From: Octopus bimaculoides
Taxonomy: Eukaryota
DNA length: 64,000 nucleotides
Assembly (NCBI RefSeq): GCF_001194135.2
Contig: NC_068987.1
Location: 58,903,644-58,967,643 of the forward strand
Reading direction: 5' to 3'
In this document: positions 13,583 through 26,364 of the stretch, in pieces
Layout: every line of letters starts with the position of its first letter
How positions within the stretch are numbered: the first letter of the stretch is position 1
Notes under the pieces: model-generated
The model's input: only the letters and a program-made list of their open reading frames with translations
Database searches by the model: none
Told to the model about the DNA's origin: nothing
Made by a program: the position numbers and the translations under genes

Positions 13583-13952
13583 TGTTGTTGGCACTCTGTC
13601 GCTTACGACGTCGAGGGTTTCAGTTGATCCGATCAACGGAACAGCCTGCTCGTGAAATTAACGTGCAAGTGGCTGAGCACTCCACAGACACGTGTACCCT
13701 TAACGTAGTTCTCGGGGATATTCAGCGTGACACAGTGTGACAAGGCTGACCCTTTGAATTACAGGCACAACAGAAACAGGAAGTGAGAGTGAGAGAAAGT
13801 TGTGGTGGAAGAGTACAGCAGGGTTCGCCACCATCCCCTGCCGGAGCCTCGTGGAGCTTCAGGTGTTTACGCTCAATAAACACTCACAACGCCCGGTCTG
13901 GGAATTGAAACCGCGATCCTATGTCCGCTGCCCTAGCCATTGCGCCTCCACT
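13583..13952 (-). mobile_element. tRNA-derived SINE, family A
   Basis: A/B-box-like head, (CAA)n tail, TSD GTATTTATATAT. Confidence 0.9.
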
Positions 13953-14708
13953 GTATTTATATATATATTTATATACATACACTCATGCACATATATATTC
14001 ATCCATTCATACACACGTACGTATGTATGTGATCATACGTATATACATATATGATTTTATCTCTCTCTCTACTTTCATACATACACGATACCTTGTGACT
14101 TTATCAATGAACAGTGTTGTTGACCCCGATTCTTCCTAATTATGCAAACATTTGATCAAAGACATTCCTGCTACAATTATCCCATCTTATTGTAAATCTA
14201 GGACTACATGTCCAAGGTGTATGTTAGTTTTCACAAAGCCTTGCTTTAATTGTATTTAGTTCTCACGGAATGAAAATACTGTTGTTTTGCCATTCTTTCA
14301 TAATTCCGTTCACGCCTAGCATGAATGATCGGAATATTAATCAAACCACTCCTTTCATTGGTCAATATAGGTGTTGTAAAGGGTAAAGGTGCTCAGAGCA
14401 CGATTCGAAATCGGAACATTAAAAATGAAGCCGTCGAGTATTCAGGAAACGACGTTTAGCGGAATTCTGATTTAAGCATCCCATATAAACCTTCAGAACT
14501 TTTTTTTATTTTTTTGAAATTTCGAGATAATTTTTCGCGAATTTGCGTTTTACACAGGAGAATTCATATGATTATGAAAAGTAAAGATTAAAAAAAAAAA
14601 AATGATCCCCACCCCGCACTTCCATCTTAAAAGTTCCATTCTTTTTCGAATTTTTTACTTAGTTCCTAGAATGGACCATCCTTAGGTGCATCATCATTCC
14701 ATCAAATG

Positions 14709-15216
14709 NNNNNNNNNNNNNNNNNNNNNNNNNNNNNNNNNNNNNNNNNNNNNNNNNNNNNNNNNNNNNNNNNNNNNNNNNNNNNNNNNNNNNNNNNNNN
14801 NNNNNNNNNNNNNNNNNNNNNNNNNNNNNNNNNNNNNNNNNNNNNNNNNNNNNNNNNNNNNNNNNNNNNNNNNNNNNNNNNNNNNNNNNNNNNNNNNNNN
14901 NNNNNNNNNNNNNNNNNNNNNNNNNNNNNNNNNNNNNNNNNNNNNNNNNNNNNNNNNNNNNNNNNNNNNNNNNNNNNNNNNNNNNNNNNNNNNNNNNNNN
15001 NNNNNNNNNNNNNNNNNNNNNNNNNNNNNNNNNNNNNNNNNNNNNNNNNNNNNNNNNNNNNNNNNNNNNNNNNNNNNNNNNNNNNNNNNNNNNNNNNNNN
15101 NNNNNNNNNNNNNNNNNNNNNNNNNNNNNNNNNNNNNNNNNNNNNNNNNNNNNNNNNNNNNNNNNNNNNNNNNNNNNNNNNNNNNNNNNNNNNNNNNNNN
15201 NNNNNNNNNNNNNNNN
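14709..15216. other. Assembly gap (N)
   Basis: Other gaps at 28201-28300, 43064-43163, 45315-45324 and 61130-61139. Confidence 0.99.
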
Positions 15217-15983
15217 TTTTTTTTTTTTTTTTGTAAAGCCTGGTACTTATTCTATCGGTCTCTTTTACCGAACACACTAACACCGGTTGTCAAGCAGTGG
15301 TGGAGGACAAATACATACACAAAGATACACGCACACTTCAGGCTTCTATCAGTTTCCGTCTACCAAATCCACTCACTTTGGTCAGCCCGAAGTTGTAGCA
15401 GAAAACACTTGCTCAATGTGTTACGCAGTAGGACTGAACCCGGAACTATGTAGATCGCTTAAACTTCTTACCTCACAGTTACATATAGGTATTAGTTCCA
15501 GAGCGGTAGATTCGGACGAGATACTTTCCTTTATCTTTTCCGGTTCTAAGTTCAAATATCATCTCCACTTAGAAGAGGGGAAAAATGTGATACTTCTGTC
15601 AGGAGTTGCGACCGACGGATAGTATCAGCAATGGAAGCATAGTTTCCTACCGTGACTATCACTACAAGCCACCCATGCAATTATTGTTTTGTTTTTCAGT
15701 TTTTTTGGTTTGTAGCTTTTGCAGGGGTCTCGAAAGGTTTTAAGTCGTACGTATTGGCCTTAGTACTTTATTTTTTCTTAAACTTGGTACTTAGTGGTTC
15801 GGCAAAAGGAACCGATTAAGTTACGAGGGATGTAAACAAGTCGGTTGTCAAGCGGCAATGGGACATACCCACACCCACACATCTTTTCTTTCCATTGTTT
15901 CAGTCATTAGACTGTGGCCATGCTGGGGCTCCGGCTTGTAGAATTTTAGTCGAACGAATTGACCCCTGAATTAAAAAAAAATA

Positions 15984-16167
15984 GGTACTACTAAAGCAGC
16001 ACGGACCCGTCCGCGCTAGCTAGTCTTGAGTGGTCGATCCTAACCCTAACCCTAACCCGCGTGTGCAAATGAGTACGTGTTTAGGGTTAGGATTAGGATC
16101 GCCAATCACGACTAGCTAGCACGGACGCGCGACTGCGCGTTTGAGACCGTGCTGCTGTAGTAGTACC
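15984..16167. mobile_element. Foldback MITE with telomeric repeats and 8-bp TSD, nested in a SINE
   Basis: AAAAAATA|GGTACTACTAAAGCAGCAC...GTGCTGCTGTAGTAGTACC|AAAAAATA; internal CCCTAA-type and TTAGGG-type repeats facing each other. Confidence 0.85.
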
Positions 16168-16677
16168 AAAAAATATTTTTCCTATATCCAATACTTATTC
16201 TATCTATTTCCTTTTACCGAACCGCTAGATTACGAGGATGTAAACACACCAACATCGGTTGTCAAGTGGTGATCGGGGACAAACACGTACGTACACATAC
16301 ATATATATACAAACATACATTACACTCACACACACGCGCGCACAGTGGCTAAGTTAAGGCAGCTCGCTGTACAAAATACTTCCTTCCGGTTCTTTGCGTT
16401 CTGAGTTCAAATTCCGTCGAGATCGATTTTGCATTTCATCCCTTTGAGGTCAATGAAATAAGTACTAGTCTGGCATTGGGTCGATGTAATTGACTCGCAC
16501 CCTCCCACAAGATTTCTGGACTTGTGCTTATACGTACGAGTAGCTAAATTTCCAACACTGGTAAGTATTGCATGCTATAATCTAAGGGAGTTAACTCTGA
16601 CAAGCAAGTGCCGACGATATGCTCTTTGGGTTTGAATAATTGACCCCCCCCCCACTGATTTTGATAGAACAATTTCA

Positions 16678-16952
16678 CCACTTGGGTGCTTTGTGCGGTG
16701 CCGTATTTTACCATAATCAATTTCCAGGACCTAGTCCATAAAATCCCTGGAAAGAAAAGAAAAAAGTAAAAAAAAAAAAAACGAAAGAATTATCACAAAT
16801 TGCAACTCCTCAACGACTTATGGGTCATCGGGGTTGCAATTTTTTCATAATTTTATTTTTTGACCTTTTTCTTTTCTTTTCAGGGATTTTATGGACTAGG
16901 TCATGGAAATTGATTATTAAAAAATATGGCACAGCACAACGCACCCAAGTGG
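16678..16952. mobile_element. 275-bp foldback (near-palindromic) element
   Basis: Arms of about 130 bp: CCACTTGGGTGC...GACCTAGTCCATAAAATCCCTG and its reverse complement; no TSD found. Confidence 0.8.
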
Positions 16953-17299
16953 AGTTCGTAAAATTTAACAGTGATGAATTGTAACGTTTGAGAGTAGGAT
17001 CATTTGTTAGACGTTACAAACATAGCGAGATTTAAAATATTAAATTACTTCATCGTCGTCGTCGTTTAACGTCCGTGTTCCATGCTGGCATGGGTTGGAC
17101 GGTTTCACTAAGGGCTGGAAAGCCAGAAGGCTGCACCAAGCTCCAATCTGATCTGGCAAAGTTTCTACAGCTGGATGCCCTTCCTAACGCCAACTGCCCC
17201 AAGAGTTACTCATAAATTATAATTATAAATTAGGGAATACATTGACAATCTACAATCATCATTAACATAAATAATCTTTCCGTTTCACTATTGCCAATA

Positions 17300-17670
17300 G
17301 CCGTGGCTGTATGGTAAGAAGCTTGCTTACTAGCCACATGGTTCCGGGTTCAGTCTCACTGCGTAGCACCTTGGGCTAACGTCTTTTGCTAGAGCCTCGA
17401 GCCGATCAAAGCTGTGGTAGACGGTAACTGAAAGGAGCCCGTCGTATATTTTTTATATATCTATCAATTTATATGTGTTTGTCCCCCAGTACCGCTTGAC
17501 AACCGGTGTTACTGTGTTTACTCCCCGTAACTTATCGGTTCGGTAATCAAGAACCGATAGAATAAGTACTAGGCTTAAAGTAAAAGTACTGAGGTTAATT
17601 CAATTGACTAAGAATTCTTCAGGGTGGTGTTCCAGCATGGCTGCAATCTAATGACTGAAGCAAGTAAAAG
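17300..17670 (+). mobile_element. Bipartite tRNA-derived SINE, family C
   Basis: GTGGCTGTATGGTAAG...GGTTCAGTC head, TA/TG spacer, second module ending TGACTGAAGCAAGTAAAAG; partial + copy at 21760-21940. Confidence 0.85.
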
Positions 17671-18054
17671 ATATATGCCTAAAACATTTCCCCAACTTGT
17701 ACGTATTTTAAATATCTTGGTCACTTATGGGCGATAAAATCCTTATCGTTTCTTGTATTTAAGTTGCCTTAAATGAATATATTTACAAGTTTGTGGAGAA
17801 AATATATTCTAGACTACTTACGGGGCTTCATTCCTTGGTAAAATCAAATTTTCCTCATGTGTGATGCTAACAGTCTTGAGAAATATATGAATGTCATATT
17901 ATCTACGCACATACGCTTTTTGCAAAAACATAGATGTTTTGTGCCGAGACAAAGAAGAGCACTCTACACATGTTTAGATGTTTGAGTTGCTCGAGCCAAC
18001 CTACCAAATGTTCTTATCTGGAAAGATGAAATTATCAGGCAGTATGATAAATGT

Positions 18055-18370
18055 GAAGGTGCGTGACTCAGTGGTTAGAGCGTCGGGCGTACAATCATGA
18101 GGTAGTGAGTTCAATTCGCGGACCGAGCTGTGTTCTTGAGCAAGACACTTTATTTCACGTTGCTCCAGTTCACTCAGCAGTAGAAATGGATTGCGACATC
18201 GCTGGTGCCAAGCTGTATTTGCCTTTGCTTTTTTTCCCCTGGTCAGCATTGGTGGTATGGAGAGAGGAGGCTGGTATGCGTAGACGACTGCTGGTCTTCC
18301 ACAAACAACAACCCTGACTTGTGCCTCGGAGGAGAATTTTCTACGTGCAATCCCATGGTCATTCGTGATC
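18055..18370 (+). mobile_element. tRNA-derived SINE (related head, different body)
   Basis: GACTCAGTGGTTAGAGC...GAGTTCAATTC...TTGAGCAAGACACTTTA. Confidence 0.7.
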
Positions 18371-20578
18371 GATGGGGGTCTTTACCTTTTTATGTTAAAT
18401 TCATAAGAATCAATGTCACTAGTTCCTTAAGGAACATTGTTGATTTTAGTGATGTACACTATTATAAAATTTATAGAAGAGATTATCTTAGTGTACTATG
18501 AACAGGGGTGAATTTTAAAATTTGGGTAAAACGCTTGGAAGAAGTGCATGTAGGTGGTTGCATTAATCCCTAACTTTTTACTGTTACTTCGTTCGATGTG
18601 TATAAGGATTTTTTTACTCATATTTTAAAGACGGTTTTTGCGACAATGGCGCGTATATTTGATTATGTCAATCCCTGACTTATTACTGGTACTTAATCAG
18701 ATGTTTATCGAGATTTATTTTGGTTAGTCTTTTAAAGACAATTTTTGTAGGCTGGGTGAGTATAGTTTGAGTGTACCCATCCATGACATATTACTGGTAA
18801 TTAATTATACGGATCCTTAAGACAGCGAGTTGGCAGAGTCGTTAGCATACAGGACAAAAATACTAAGCGTCATCTTTACGTTCAAATGCCGCTAAGGTCT
18901 ACTTTGTCTTTCAGGGTCAATAAAATAAATACCAAGTGAGCACTGGGTTCGATATTATCGACTGGCCCCTTCCGTCTTAAATTTCAGGTCTTGTGTCTAT
19001 TATAGGAAGAATTTTATGGATCCATGTGGAATAAGAAAAAGAACACCCCACATCCCTCACCCCGCAAAGTACGATAAGAACTCCCATTTCTGTGGGATGA
19101 AGCGAAGCACTTTTACGTTGATGTCGTCTCTGTGTAATTAACTTCAGCGATTTATTTTTCTAAATATGCAAAATATCCCAAACCTATTCGGGTTAAAATA
19201 TTGCCAACGAGGGAGTCTCAATATGGTTGCCTGTTCTGTTAGAAATAGCAGCGAAATTATCTTGAATCACAACCTACTATTTAAAAAGAAAAAAGAAAAG
19301 ACACGCTTAACAATGTAGTCCTACAAAATTACAAGATGGGCACAGCTAGAATACCTTTGATCATAGATGAGCTCCATCAGAGATGATCTAGAGTTAAACA
19401 ATTCTTTCTGCTATAGGCACAAGGCCTGAAATTTGGGGAAGGAAATAGTTAATTACATCGACCCCAGTACTAAACTAGTATTTATTTTATCGCCTGCGAA
19501 AGGATGAAAGGCAAAGTTGACTTCGGTGGAATTTGAACCGAGAACATTAAGACAGATGAAATACTGCAAAGCATTTCGCCCGCCGTGCTAACGATTCTGC
19601 CAACTCGATAATCATAAGAACAATAAAGTACATTGATTCTCTCATTTTGCCACTTCGATAAATACAGTGGTCTGTTAAGACATGTCTGAGTTGTCTCCCT
19701 TACAATGGAAAATTATGATCAAAATACATTACAAGTCGTTGGTCCCTTCCCATCACAGTTCCTAATTAGATTTCGAAGCCCGACGTTAAATTTATTCACT
19801 CCAATTAACTTACAAAAATATTTACTTCAAAGTTATTAAAATGTTTACCTTCTCATTCCGCCTCTCTTTCCTTTCCAAGTGGGAAAAAGTTGATGGAAGC
19901 CTGACTAAACAGGACGGTGTCTTTCCTTTATCCTTTCAACCTCATCCACCATACAACCTCTTTCGCCATAGCCACTGGACAGAGGAACGCAGCCAAAGTT
20001 CAAATTCCGTCAAGGTGGACTTTGCCTTTCACCCTTTGGGGGGTCAATAAAATAAGTACCAGTTGGGCACTGGGGTCGGTCCAGATGGACAATATGTAAT
20101 CGGAACCTTTCCCCCCTTATTTATTTATTTATTTTTTTACGGAATCCCACGTTTAAAGCTATGGAGATTCCGATTCTGAAAAAAAAATGTTCAAAAATCT
20201 CAAATTCAAAATTTTGATTCTCTCCCCACTGCTCATTTTTCACATTTTCCGGATTTTTTAAATTTTTTTTGCGAAATGCGTAAAAAAATACGGAGATTAT
20301 GATTCTGAAAAAAAATTGTTTGAAAAATTTCACCTCCACCCCAAGGAGGCTATTTACATGCTAGAAATAACAGCCAAATCTCACAAAACTTCGATAACAT
20401 AAAGCAAGAAATGTGTAATCAATCTACTCACCTTTCTACAGAGATTTCTTTCAGAGTAATTTCCCGCAGTAATATGAAATTAGAGCATTTTATCTATTTA
20501 TTTATTTATTTTTTTTTTTTTTTTCAGAAACATGAGTTTTGTCGAAAAGTGTGTTCGGAGAAGCCGTGCTGGTGGAGT

Positions 20579-21461
20579 TTAGGGAGGATAAACTTCTGCA
20601 ATGTGTTCGAGAAATGTATAGAAATTCTCAAAGTTTTTCTTCTCAGTAAATCCATACATTTCTCGATACATTGACTCATCGACGCGGGACCATTTCATGT
20701 TACCCAATGATCCAGTCACATACTTCAGCTGTCTTTTAATTCAGGACCAATAGGCCTCAATGTGATTCGTACAAGCGCCAGTTTCAGGGTCGACGAAATT
20801 TGTTGAGTGGTGAACCGTTCTGTGTATGTAACCCAGCTGTTGTAGATTCCTATAGCTGGCCCATTTGTCAGTATGTACTATAGTACCCGGTAACACATTT
20901 TCAATTATAACGGCTTCAAGTGTTGCTGTGCTATCAGGTACACGTTGAAGGAACCCTTTTTTCACAGTGGTGTCATAGCACCTGACAACCCACGTTTGAT
21001 GGCCTATTCTCCCTACGTGGTTCTTCCTTTTAAAGAGGAAGCTCATCTATTTCCACCTCATGACCTGGACCACCGAGCAGAGCTTTGTCTCAAAGCATCT
21101 TCCCCGAACACACTTCTTGACAAAACTCATACCACTGGATCGCAGTTTTATTTTCTACTCTGGTGTATAAAGCCACAGTAGATATAGGTGCCTCGAACAC
21201 AAAATGGAAGACAATGTGAAATATTTTCTGTAAGGACAACTTTGACTTTTCCATAGAAGTTTTTGTCCTTATTGAAATATTTTTCTTACAATTTCCGCAC
21301 TGCCACACAAATCCATTCAGCGATCTGGCCGACTTCTTCAAAGTCATATCATGTGTGTAAACACACGTTTTATAGGTGGCAATAATGCCGTTGGCTTTCA
21401 AAAATTCGAGTATTCTTTCTGGAGCAAGCTGCTTCAATACTTCTTCAAGTGGCAAACACAT
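20579..21461 (-). mobile_element. Merlin (IS1595/ISXO2-like DDE) transposase pseudogene
   Basis: N-terminal Zn-ribbon WQCGNC; LGGPGHEVEIDE; KRKNHVGR; NVLPGTIVHTDKWASY; VHHSTNFVDPETGACTNHIEAYWS; two in-frame TGA and one frameshift. Confidence 0.9.
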
Positions 21462-21669
21462 TTTCAATTTCACGAACATGATCCTTTGTGCTGGTTAACA
21501 GATTCCTTGTCGCTGGTAAAATTATTCTCTTTTAGGGTTGTGCACACGTGTGCAAAAGGGAACAATTTGACCGTTGGAATCATGGTCAAATGATTGTCTT
21601 CGACACAAAATTAGTTTTGTTTTGACCATAATTCCAACGGTCAAATTGCGAATGTCGTATGTATGCATG

Positions 21670-21671
<2 letters not shown>

Positions 21672-21749
<78 letters not shown>

Positions 21750-22335
21750 CTGTCCCCCCAACATCACTTGACAACCACTGCTGGTGTGCTTACGTACCCG
21801 TTACATTAGTGGTTCAGCAAAAGAGACCGATAGAATGAGTACTAGGCTTACAAAGAATAAGTCCTGGGGGTCGATTTGCTTGACTAAAGGCGGTGCTCCA
21901 GCATGGCCACAGTCAAAATGATTGAAACAAGTAAAAGAGTATATATGGAAATACATATGCATTTATGAATACATAAATATATATTCATACATGTATACAT
22001 AAATACCTATATATATACCTGTATATACACACAAATATACATATATATCCAAATAATACAGACATATATATACATACACATATGTACATACACATGTACA
22101 TACGCATGTACATACGCATATACATACAGATATACATACATATATACTAACATACACACACACACATATATTGACACACACGCATATATATACCCTCACA
22201 CACATATATATATATACACATATTCACACACACACACACATATATATACATACACATGTATACATACACACACTCTCTCTCTCTATATCTATATCTATAT
22301 ATATATATATATCTATATATCTATATATATATATA
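21672..22335. repeat. (TA)n/(CA)n/(CT)n microsatellite field
   Basis: Direct reading; similar fields at 25125-25400, 25640-26021, 27985-28330, 48826-48900, 53335-53420 and 55158-55214. Confidence 0.97.
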
Positions 22336-22354
22336 ATTGATTCATTTTCTGTAC

Positions 22355-22580
22355 CCTTGTACATAGCTTGAATTGCCCTGACAAGCCATTCATCAATGCT
22401 TAATCTAATTGGCCATCAGATTGCAGAGCATGCTATCATGCCAGAGGCTTTCTCTAACTCAGTGTATGCCAGATATAATGGTTTACTCTTAGTCTTGTCT
22501 TTGTCCTGGTGTTGTCTTTTGAGGAAGTTTGCATTTATGGTACCCTTTCTGTGCACAAGACTGAACTGCATTTCATATAT
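22355..22580 (-). mobile_element. RTE-clade LINE reverse transcriptase fragment
   Basis: EMQFSLV..KGTINANF.KRQ.QDK...KSKPLYLAYTELEKA...IDEWLVRAIQAMY. Confidence 0.85.
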
Positions 22581-25116
22581 TCTACAATTTCCTCTCTGTA
22601 TAACATATATTTTGCCTTCGTAGCAGTTTATAATGAGACTGCTATGTCACTCTTTGGTATGGTACCTTCCTGTATTACTTGATTAAGTATTTGTGTAACT
22701 ATCATCTATCTTGTATCATGTAATCTTAACTCATCAATTATTTAAGTGTCTCAGCAATTATCCCTGATGGATTGCAAAACCATCATTTCTCATTTATGAC
22801 CGGAGAGTCCACAACAATCCATCAACAGGCTTGTACAGTTTCCATTCGCCTAGTTCCCGTTTCACTCATAAGGCTTGAGATGAACCGAGGCTATGGGGAA
22901 AAAACTAGTGTAATTGAACCGAAGACCTCATGATCACAAAACAAACAGATAGATATAAAGTAAGAGAAAAAGGAGAAATTTACAAGAAGCCAAGAAGCAC
23001 ACAGTGATGTTTGAAGGTAGAAAAGAATTTAAGAGAATTTTCTTCTCAACAGCAGAAGAGCTTCCATTTTGTAGTAGTTTTCATTTGAGAAACATTGTAA
23101 ATTTTGTAGCTTATTAATATGTCCAGAATATTTTGAAAGGCAGTGAGGGAAGAAAGACCATAAAGATGATGGAAAATAAATGGGTGAGTTGTAAAGGAAG
23201 TGGGGAGGGCCAAGGATGTGACAGTTTTTAAGCAGGTTGAAAGTGTGTGCATAGGTGTAGGGGAAGACAACAATATGATCAACTTAAACCACTTCAAGGC
23301 AGTTCCAGATTTGCCCATCCACCCACCAGCCAACATGCTACCCATAATCCAATCCTCATCAAACCAATAAAAGAATAAAAGAGTGATATAAATGCATATT
23401 GATGAATTATTTATTAAAATATAAGTATTAAAATATACATTTATGTAATGACGGAAAAGTTTTGTTTTATTTCATTTAAACGTTACTTCTTCAAAGTATT
23501 GATGTAAACAAATATTAAATGCTTTGAAGAGAATATGATAGGGTAAAAATTAATAGCAGGAGCAACAGCAACAACAGTAGAAGAAAAAGAGAAGAAAAAG
23601 CAAATAAAGGCAAAAAAAAACAACAACAAAAAAATTATAATAATGGTAAGAATTTGTGCAAAAAATATAATACCACTCCAAAAAGAAAAAATAGGATTAA
23701 ACAAAAAAGAGAAATTAGAAATTAAGAAGCTCCACTAATTTCAAAAATCACTTTATTACTTAAGATGTATTATCTGTGAAATGAGATGTACTGGAATTTG
23801 ATTATAGGGAAAATATATTTATTTAAACCCTTTTAAAATCAAAATGTTATTTATCTAATTCTGCTTGCAGAGAAGTATTTAATTTTTGATCTAAGTCTTT
23901 TGATCTTTTTCTTTATTTTAATATACACACATATATGTATGTATACATGTATGTGTCTATAGGTATATATATATGATACACACATATTTGATATAGAGCT
24001 CATTTGGGTAGCTATATGATAAATACATCATTTACAATACCTTCATATTCTAATATAAAGAAAAAAATCCGTTTTTATTACACAAAACCTAGAGAGCCTT
24101 GGAGTAGAATTAACAGACATTATTACACAGAATGCAACAGCAGGTTTTCCAGAGATGTAACATTGGTGGTGCAGTATTGTTAATGATAATAATAATGGTA
24201 ATAATGGTTTCAAATTTTGGCACAAGGCCAGCAAGTTTGAGAGAGTGGGGTAATCAACCCCAGTGTTCAACTGGTCGTTGTTTTATCTAGCTTGAAAGGA
24301 TGAAAGGCTAAGTTGACCTAAGCGGAATTTGAACTCAGAACATAAAGTCAGGCAAAATGTTAAGTATTTTGTCTGGCATGCTAATGATTCTGCCAGCTCA
24401 CCACCCTAATAATAATAATGATAAGCACTTATATGTAATAAACAGGTACCCAAATAATTAATATGCAGTTTGGAAACTTTTTGATATAATGCAAATATAT
24501 ATGTGTATGTCTAGATATATATATATATAGGTATATAGGCAAAAATTGTCTATGCCAAAAATTTTATAATTTTTTTATAGCTATTCTTTAAGGATAGTGA
24601 ATATTTGAATTTGGTACAAAGAAGATTCAAACTATATTTTGTGAGTTTTCCAGATTGCTTAACTCTTGTAGTCTATTATAAGCAATATAAAAACCAGAAC
24701 CATTTAAAAACATGCTGAAGGTTCAGATTTAGCCAAACAATATGGTTAGCTATGAATTTTAATTATAACTGATAATAACTGATATATCAGGTAGAGATGT
24801 TTAACTTATATCTAACTACAGCTATCTCCTCTCACTTCTTTGATATATGTTGATGTAAACACACATACACATAGATAGTATTTATGAATGTGAGTTCACA
24901 CATACATACAGCTACTTGCAATTGGAGTAGGTTTCATTTTTACTATTAAGTCATTTATAGTACATTAATGGTTTGTTTGGTGAGCATGGAAAGGAAGTGT
25001 ACAAGGGTTTTGGTTTCTATATTTAAGCGAAGAAGAATGGTAAACTGATGTTTAATCTGTACTTGTATCTATATCTATCTGCAAAGTTAAGGAACCAAGC
25101 CTTACACACATATGTA

Positions 25117-25178
<62 letters not shown>

Positions 25179-25304
25179 AGAGGAATGACCAGCAAAAGTG
25201 GACTCCTATATGCTAGAAATAGATACTGAATCATCTAACCACGAAAAATATGTTCTTGTCGCTAAATTTTTACTGAGAACATATTTTTCTTGGTTAGATG
25301 ATTT

Positions 25305-25385
<81 letters not shown>

Positions 25386-25697
25386 GTGTGTGTGTGTGTG
25401 TGTGTATGTGTGTATATATATATATAATACACACATGTATAAATATATATACATGTACACACACACACACACATTATATATATTTATTTATAATAACACA
25501 GCTACCCAGAATCTCTCACTGTCACCTGTAGAATTCCACATAATACGGAACTCTAAATAGCAAAGGAGTGAATCATCAACTTTTAAAGAATACATAAACT
25601 CCTTTACACATATTGAGTACTCTATCTCCTGTAGGTACATTTTGTGTGTATATGTGTATATATGTGTGTGGGCATATATATACACACACACGATATA

Positions 25698-25737
<40 letters not shown>

Positions 25738-25969
25738 TATATGTGTATGTATATATACACACACATAACTGTGTGAATGCATGGGAGTTTTATATTAGGT
25801 TATCTTTTTTGCCTAATATAATCAGCTTAATTTTTTTTTTTTTTTGACACAGTAGGTACACACTTTTTTTCTTTAATTTTTTTTTTTTTGTAGCTGTGTC
25901 CAAAATAATGTGTATTAAATTTCCAGTACTTAAAAAAATACTCGTTCTGTAAGATACAGACACATACTT

Positions 25970-26023
<54 letters not shown>

Positions 26024-26337
26024 TAAGAAAAACGTTCTCAATACACACATATTTAGAAGTGTGTAGAGTTTGTTAACTTTTTATTTGTGTGTAAGGTAAA
26101 GACTGTTACATATTTTCTAAACCATGTCTTTTGTTCAATTGGCTTCCTGGCCATCTGTACTTTTATTTGTATATGTATGTTAATATGTATTAAAAAAACA
26201 TAACTATAGCAAAAATTTCACTCTTATTGATTAATAGCTGGACTTGAGGCTATGATCCATGCAAAAACATTTTTAGGATTTATTTTTATTTTTGTCATTT
26301 TTTTTCTCATTCACAATATCCCAGAAGAGATAATTCT

Positions 26338-26364
26338 TCAGTAAATCAAGCAAGATTCAATGAG
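26338..26364 (-). CDS. Calpain terminal coding exon (LIESCLIY-stop)
   Basis: tctttctattcacag|CTC...TAC TGA; minus-strand AATAAA candidates downstream near 26285, 26162 and 26080. Confidence 0.82.
   Translation of the reverse strand, partial: LIESCLIY

Noticed and set aside
14480-14700. Sequence similar to 20160-20340
   Set aside because: Probably ends of an unclassified DNA element; truncated by a gap, no TIR or TSD to support a call
14686-15453. Long ORFs in the track (also 27994-28390 and 42941-43262)
   Set aside because: They run through N gaps
21522-26050. YI/HT/CV-repeat ORFs
   Set aside because: Translations of (TA)n and (CA)n microsatellites
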